Shown here in pieces: positions 43,701-49,700 of a stretch of DNA of 64,000 nucleotides. The notes beneath the pieces were generated by a model. The model saw nothing but the letters and a program-made list of their open reading frames with translations, had not been told where the DNA came from and ran no database searches. The translations under genes were made by a program, and so were the position numbers. The stretch is from a virus, in IMG/VR virus record IMGVR_UViG_3300035204_001874, positions 66,120 to 130,119 of that record; one strand, 5' to 3'. Each line of letters begins with the position of its first letter. The stretch's first letter is position 1.

Positions 43701-46700
43701 ATCCGAAGAGAACTCACCTTCAAGAAATTTTTTTAGTTTAGCATAAAGACCCGGCTTCTCTTTTTTTTCTTCTTCTGTCGCTGACCTTATGGCTTCTTCG
43801 CTTTGCTCGGTTTCGACTATTTTTCTTGTTTTTCGCGCTCCTTCTATCGTTAACTCACGAGTATTATTATATTCCAAACCTGATTCTTCATCGAATAATT
43901 TGTGCCCAAAAAAAGCATTAGCATTCTTTGCTGCAAGACTGTACCCTTTTTTCCTTCTTTCTTTGAGGCTCTCTTCTAACTTTTCGATCTCTTCTAATAA
44001 TTCGGGTCTTTCTTGCGGCAACCAAGAGCCACCTTCGGTTAGCTCTTCAAAATCTTTTACCGTCCCAATTGTTTTCCATTGCATCCTCAAATCCTTACTC
44101 ATTGGAGAAGTCGCTAGTTCTCCTTGAGGTTGGTCGAAAAGGTCTTCTGGTGGTGGAGTAAACGGCTTTGTAACAAACTCTTTCCAACCCTTCGCGTTAC
44201 CAATCATCTTGGTTCTTATCCTATTACCTTTAACATTAGCAACGGTATCCAAAAAGAATTCTTTTCCAGCTAAAAAGATAGAAGATTTCCCCATCCCCAA
44301 ACCAGCTAAAGCACCCTCATCCCTTTCTATGTCTTCCATCCCTGTTTGGGCCATAGGCAAGAAAGTTTCAAATACTGCTCTAGGAGTCATGCCCTCGCCA
44401 AGGTCAGATATAGTAAATGCGCCATCATGGTACAATGGCTGATTATAATGAACTCCACTTCGGTCTTCTGTTTGTCCGTGGGCTACTGCGTTTTGGAGCA
44501 TTTCTCTTAACGCGATCCCTTTGTAGGCGGACATATCCGATAAAGCTATTGCAAGAAGTCGGTCTATGTTAACCGCCCTCGTTAACCCTTGAGCTATTCC
44601 CACGGGTACACTTTGAGGGTCAGTTTTTGCCCACTCTTTAATATCGCTTGCTGTTTCTGACTCTTTTCCCTTAAGTTCTTCATTAAGTTTAGTTATGTCT
44701 TCAATTGACGGTAACCCACTTGAGTCTGAGAAATTTGGAACGTACCCCTTATTTAATTGGTTAAGTCCTTTCGGGCCTAACGCTTTCATGCCTTTTAGAT
44801 TTACGACTCCCTCACCTCCAAGAAGCATAGCTGGCTGTTCTTTGCCGAAACTTGGAACAATTCCTCCTGTGTGAAATTTTGGAGCAGAACTTTCAAAAAA
44901 ATCGAAGGATGATCTTTCGTCCCTTTTTGTCTCTTCCTGTTTTTCTTCTGGGGCGAGATCAGTTTTTTCTTTTGATTCAAGCTGCTGGTCTGCTTTTTCT
45001 ATGTGCCGTTGGGCATATGTGGCAATTTTTTTATCTTGTGCGGAAGGAGCTCGCGGGGCCAAAGCGGCCTCGTGAAGTATGCTCATTTTTCGTTTGTTTT
45101 CTTGTGGGTCTTCTTCTGGGTCAGAATCAATTAGTACTCTTCCGCTTGTAGCGTGAAGTATTAAGTGAGGTTCTTCTTTTGCGAATTCTCCAGCCGCATC
45201 ATAATGAGCGCGTTCGTGTTTTCTTATGTCTTCTTCTGTGGCTTCCGCTCGTTTTTCGTATGGGCTTCGTGGACCTTTTCGCATTGAACGACGGAGCATT
45301 TTATCTCCCGTTGGGCCATAAAAAATATCTCGGAAATTAGGGACAAGACCCTCCGAGAGGCTTACTAGACCCTCCTTGTCTGGATCATGACTCCCTTCTC
45401 TTTTTGCTTTGGCTCTTTCTGCTATACCCTGCAATACTTTAGCGGCTTTTGGTGACGCTACCGGAATATTTCCTGTTGGTATCGTGGACATGTAGGTTTC
45501 ATAGTCTAATACGTGCCTACCCACCCTACTTAATTCTGGATAATTTCTAGCGATAATTTCGGTTTCGCTTTCTAGCTCTTCAAGTAAAGGTGTTAGTTTG
45601 CCTTGCTCTACCTGCACTTCGCTTTCTAATCTTTGCTGTTCTTCGGGCGGCCTTTTCGCTTTTTTCGCTTCCCTTAGATTGTCTTTGGCGACTTTTATAC
45701 CGCTTCTTTGCGAGCCTACATTTTCAACAAGTTCAGAGTATGACTTAAGTGATTCTCGCAGGTTTGGATTTGATACAATTAGATTTTTTAAATTTGATAC
45801 GTCTTCTGCTGACGAAATTAAAATGTTATCAGTTAGTTTCCCAAGCTCTTTAGAGAGTGGGTTAGGATGATGCGCGAAAGTAGCTTTGCTTGGATCAAGA
45901 TTTGGGAAAGCGGTACCCTCCCTATTTGAAACTAACCCTAAGTTAGTTGCTCCAGCCATTTGTATTTGCTGCATATAAAACTGCATTGCTGCAAGTAGGT
46001 ATTCTTTTTCCGCTCCCACAGAGGTATTATATAAATCCGCAAAATCTTGACCTCCATGTCTATATACGTTTTCTTCTAAAATTCCTTGGTCTGTTTTACC
46101 CAATCTCCTTACAAAGCTTATGTTATCTTCGATTTTTTTATTGTCGTAATCCTTAATGGCGGTTTCCAAAGGGTTAATTCCAAGTTCGCTGACGGCAGTA
46201 AGAAACTCGTGCCTTGTTTCGTATTTTATAGGGTCTTGCGCTTGAGACTGATTTAATTCTCCTGTTATTTTGTCAACGTTTTGGAATTCGCGAGGCATAT
46301 ACTGCTTCATAACATAGTCTGTTATCTCTACTGTCTCTATGGGGTGATCGTTTCCATAAAGCTCTATATACCTTTGCGCTTCTTCTTTTGTTCCTTGGTG
46401 TGGTTGGCCTTCGCCTTTTATTGGTAAGCTGCGTCCGTGCCAAGGTTGATATGCGGGGTCATTGGCAGCGTTATATCTTACTTCATAGATGGGAATAGCG
46501 TTTCCTTTTTCATCTAATTCGCGGTAAGCTATTTGGCCTCTGCCTATTCCTACAAATTGTTTATCAAATTTAAGTTTTGGTTCGCCAGATTCTTCCATTC
46601 CAAAACTGGATTTAACCGTTATCCAATCGCCTTTTGCGGAATTGAAACCAGATATCCCCTTAACGAATTCAACCACCATGTCTTCATTGATTCTTTCGGA

Positions 46701-49700
46701 TATCCCCGTTTGTAGCGTTTCGTCAGACTTAACGTCTAAAATTTCATATTCTCTTTTACTAAAGCTTTCGCCTTCCTCGTTTTGATGTGATGATATTTTT
46801 TCCAAGTAGGAAAGAGAGCCTACACTCTTACCAAGGTTTTCCGGCCCTAAACCAGCTTTAGACGCTTTAGCCCTAGTTCCTAAAACGCTAACGTCTACCC
46901 GCTTGGGGTCTTCTAACGTACCCGTTCCCGATATATCAACTTTTGTTCTTCCTTGAGCTTTAGCCGCAGCAGACTGTAGTGAACCAGCGGCACCTACAAA
47001 AAACTCTTCAGCAAAAGCTTTTTCATCTTTTAATCTATCTTTGAATTCTCTCTTAATTTCTTCTGCAAAGTTTGGTATGCCACCTTGATTTGCCATTCCT
47101 TTTATATTGAAATTAAAATCGGGATACCCCTGTTCAATGTTGAAGTTGGGAACAAACCCTTCAGCCCCGAGTAGAGCTTTGTCCATCAACCCTCTTTTGA
47201 ATGCTTTTTTTAATTTTTTAGCTTTGACATTAAAATCTATAATTCCAAGATTTGGATAAACCTGATTTTCTTCGTCAAATTCTGGTTCATAGGCTATAGC
47301 TTCGTCCGCTTCATCTTCTTTCCCCTTCTTTATGTATTTTAACACCATTGAACCTTCGCTCGTCTCTATTGCTCTTACCGGCTCTCCCAGTTCGGTATCG
47401 TAATAAATTGAATTATGTTTTAGGGGTCTTTCGGTCCCTGGGTGAGCCATTGACTCAACTAGTGCTTCTCTAGCTTCAGCCTCTTCTTCTGTTTCGTCTT
47501 CACTCTCCTTTAGGTCTTTGGAAGAGAAAGTTTTATCATCAGTCGTTTTGAGATGTATACTTGCAAAACTGGGAACGAATCCTTCCGCAAAACCTTCCGT
47601 TTCTCTGTGGCCAAGAAATTCAGAAACTTGATCCGTTTTCTTTTTCATGTCCAAGGTGAAAATGTCAGCCATATTTGGCTCATATTCCCCTTCGTATCCA
47701 CGAACTACAAATGTTCCATCTTCTTTTCGTATTGCTGTGACAACTTCACCCTTACTTACGTCGTAATAAAGTGCTCCTGGACGAAGCTCCGTTGGCTGTT
47801 GTCCAGCCTCGCGTGCCAAAGCTTCTGTTTTTTCTTTGTGAAAATGTTTAGCGGGGAAAGGTTTGTCTGACTCATCTTTCGGTTTAATACGAGCCCACCT
47901 TTTTGTCTTCCTTCTTTCTTTTTCGTCTTCGAAGTTGGGGATAAATCCACCTGCGGAGTTGTTAATTTTACTAATGAATGTTCCTATGTTTTGTCCTGGT
48001 CCCGAAGTTATTTTATCAGTGTGGACTACTCGCCCCGAAGAGTAACCTGCCAATGCCGCTCCCCTTTGCTCTACAGACGCTATTCCAGAGGATACGCTAA
48101 AATTGGGTACGTGACCTCCAGCGGCGACTTTACTAAAGGAAAATCCTTGAGCTTGAGCTTTTCCCGTATCAAGCGCGGCCATTTGAGGAGGATTTAATAT
48201 GCCAGTTTTCCCTCCTTTATGAATAAAAGTTTCCGCAGTGTTTACAATGGCAAAGTTGGGAACGTGCCCCTTAGAAAAGGTATTGGGAGCTTCAGAAAAA
48301 TTAGGGGCGAAGCCCATGCCAGAACTAGGAATGAAACCTGAGGCGAAAGGCATAACTCCAGCCATTGTGGCGTCATCTTCATTTTTTTTTACAGTAACTC
48401 CACCCGCAGCTAATTTGACCGCTATACGTCCAGCTATTTTTTCTTGCTCACGATAGAGTGCGTTTTCGTCTCTAATTCTGGTTAAAATCCTGTCGTGGGC
48501 TGTTTGGATAGAAACAGAGCCATTCAATATGTCCCTTAATAACTCTGGATTTTCTGCTAATTGACCAGTGATAGCCTCTTGTATGTCTTTGAAATCTGAC
48601 GCTGATTGATTTTGGCTAGAAAGCTGAGACAAGGCACCTGAAGCAAATTGTACTAAGTTTCTGACTAGCCCTACGCCTAAAGCGATCATCCCTTGCAAGG
48701 CGGGTCCAGCAAGTACAGCCCCAAGTCCCGAAGTAATTGCAGACCCGAAACGTTCCCCAAGCAGGGTGCCTTCTTTTTCACCTTTTTCACTATCTGGAGT
48801 TGTTACGTCAGCTATGCCACCTAAAGTCCCACTTACTACGTCAAGTCCGCCTTTAAGAACGGGAGCGATAACTATATTGCCTATTCCTGCTGCCGCCCGA
48901 CTAGCTTCATTTAACGTTCCGATTAATTTGCCTTGCAGAGTATTATTCAGTTCTTCCATTCTTCTTTTAGCGTTCCCAGAAGAATTCCCCGCCGTTTCAA
49001 GAGCCCTGTCAAACAAGCTTAACCCACTACCCAAATCACTCAAGGTCGCCTTTAAAATGTTGATTTGGTAAACGCTACCAATTTGCTCAGTGATGTAGGA
49101 TTTTTGAGCAGCAGTTAAATTGTCAAATACCTTTGCTAAATTTTTCATTACCTCCATCAAAGGTAGAGCCTTGCCTTGAGCATCTTTTGTCTTTACGCCT
49201 AGTTGTTCGAGAGCTTCAAGTGTTTTAGGTCTTTGAAGTCTCGTGAAAATAGTCTTAAATGCGTTACCAATTTTAGCTCCACCTCTAGCTGTAATTTGTT
49301 GAGCAGCAGTAACAACAGCGATTGTTTCGTTGAGCGAAACGTTAGCTGATTCGGCTGAACTAGCCACGCGCCTAATAGCTTCGGCTAAGTCTTTGGAGCT
49401 TACGGCAAACGCCGCATCAACAGCAGCCATTCTATCTACAACATCTGTAGTAGTTAACGCTTCACTTCTGAAAGAGTTGATTGCTGCCGTTAAAGCTACT
49501 ACTGAAGCGGTCAAGTCAAGCCCCGACAGCTTCGTTAAGACCATTGCATCACTAGTTCTTCGAAGCGTTTCTCCCGCGCTTAGACCTTGTCTTGAGAACT
49601 CCGCCGCTGCTTCTGCTGCTACGCCAAAAGCGGTATTTGCCGCAGCCGAAGCTTCGAACAGTTTATTAGAAAATTTAGCTAGACCTTGAGAGTTTAAGCC

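Larger units (their letters stand above)
26150..48345 (-). repeat. Dispersed G[FHYL][IV]P[NS]F peptide repeat, about 45 copies
   Basis: Hand count in the translation from FASGFIPSS/GFAPNF (aa ~555) to GKDVPNF (aa ~7950). Not seen elsewhere in the protein. Confidence 0.95.

Noticed and set aside
26150-48345. Inteins as the explanation for the TMP inserts
   Set aside because: No C/S...HN-C/S/T splice junction motifs or LAGLIDADG motifs were seen at cassette borders.
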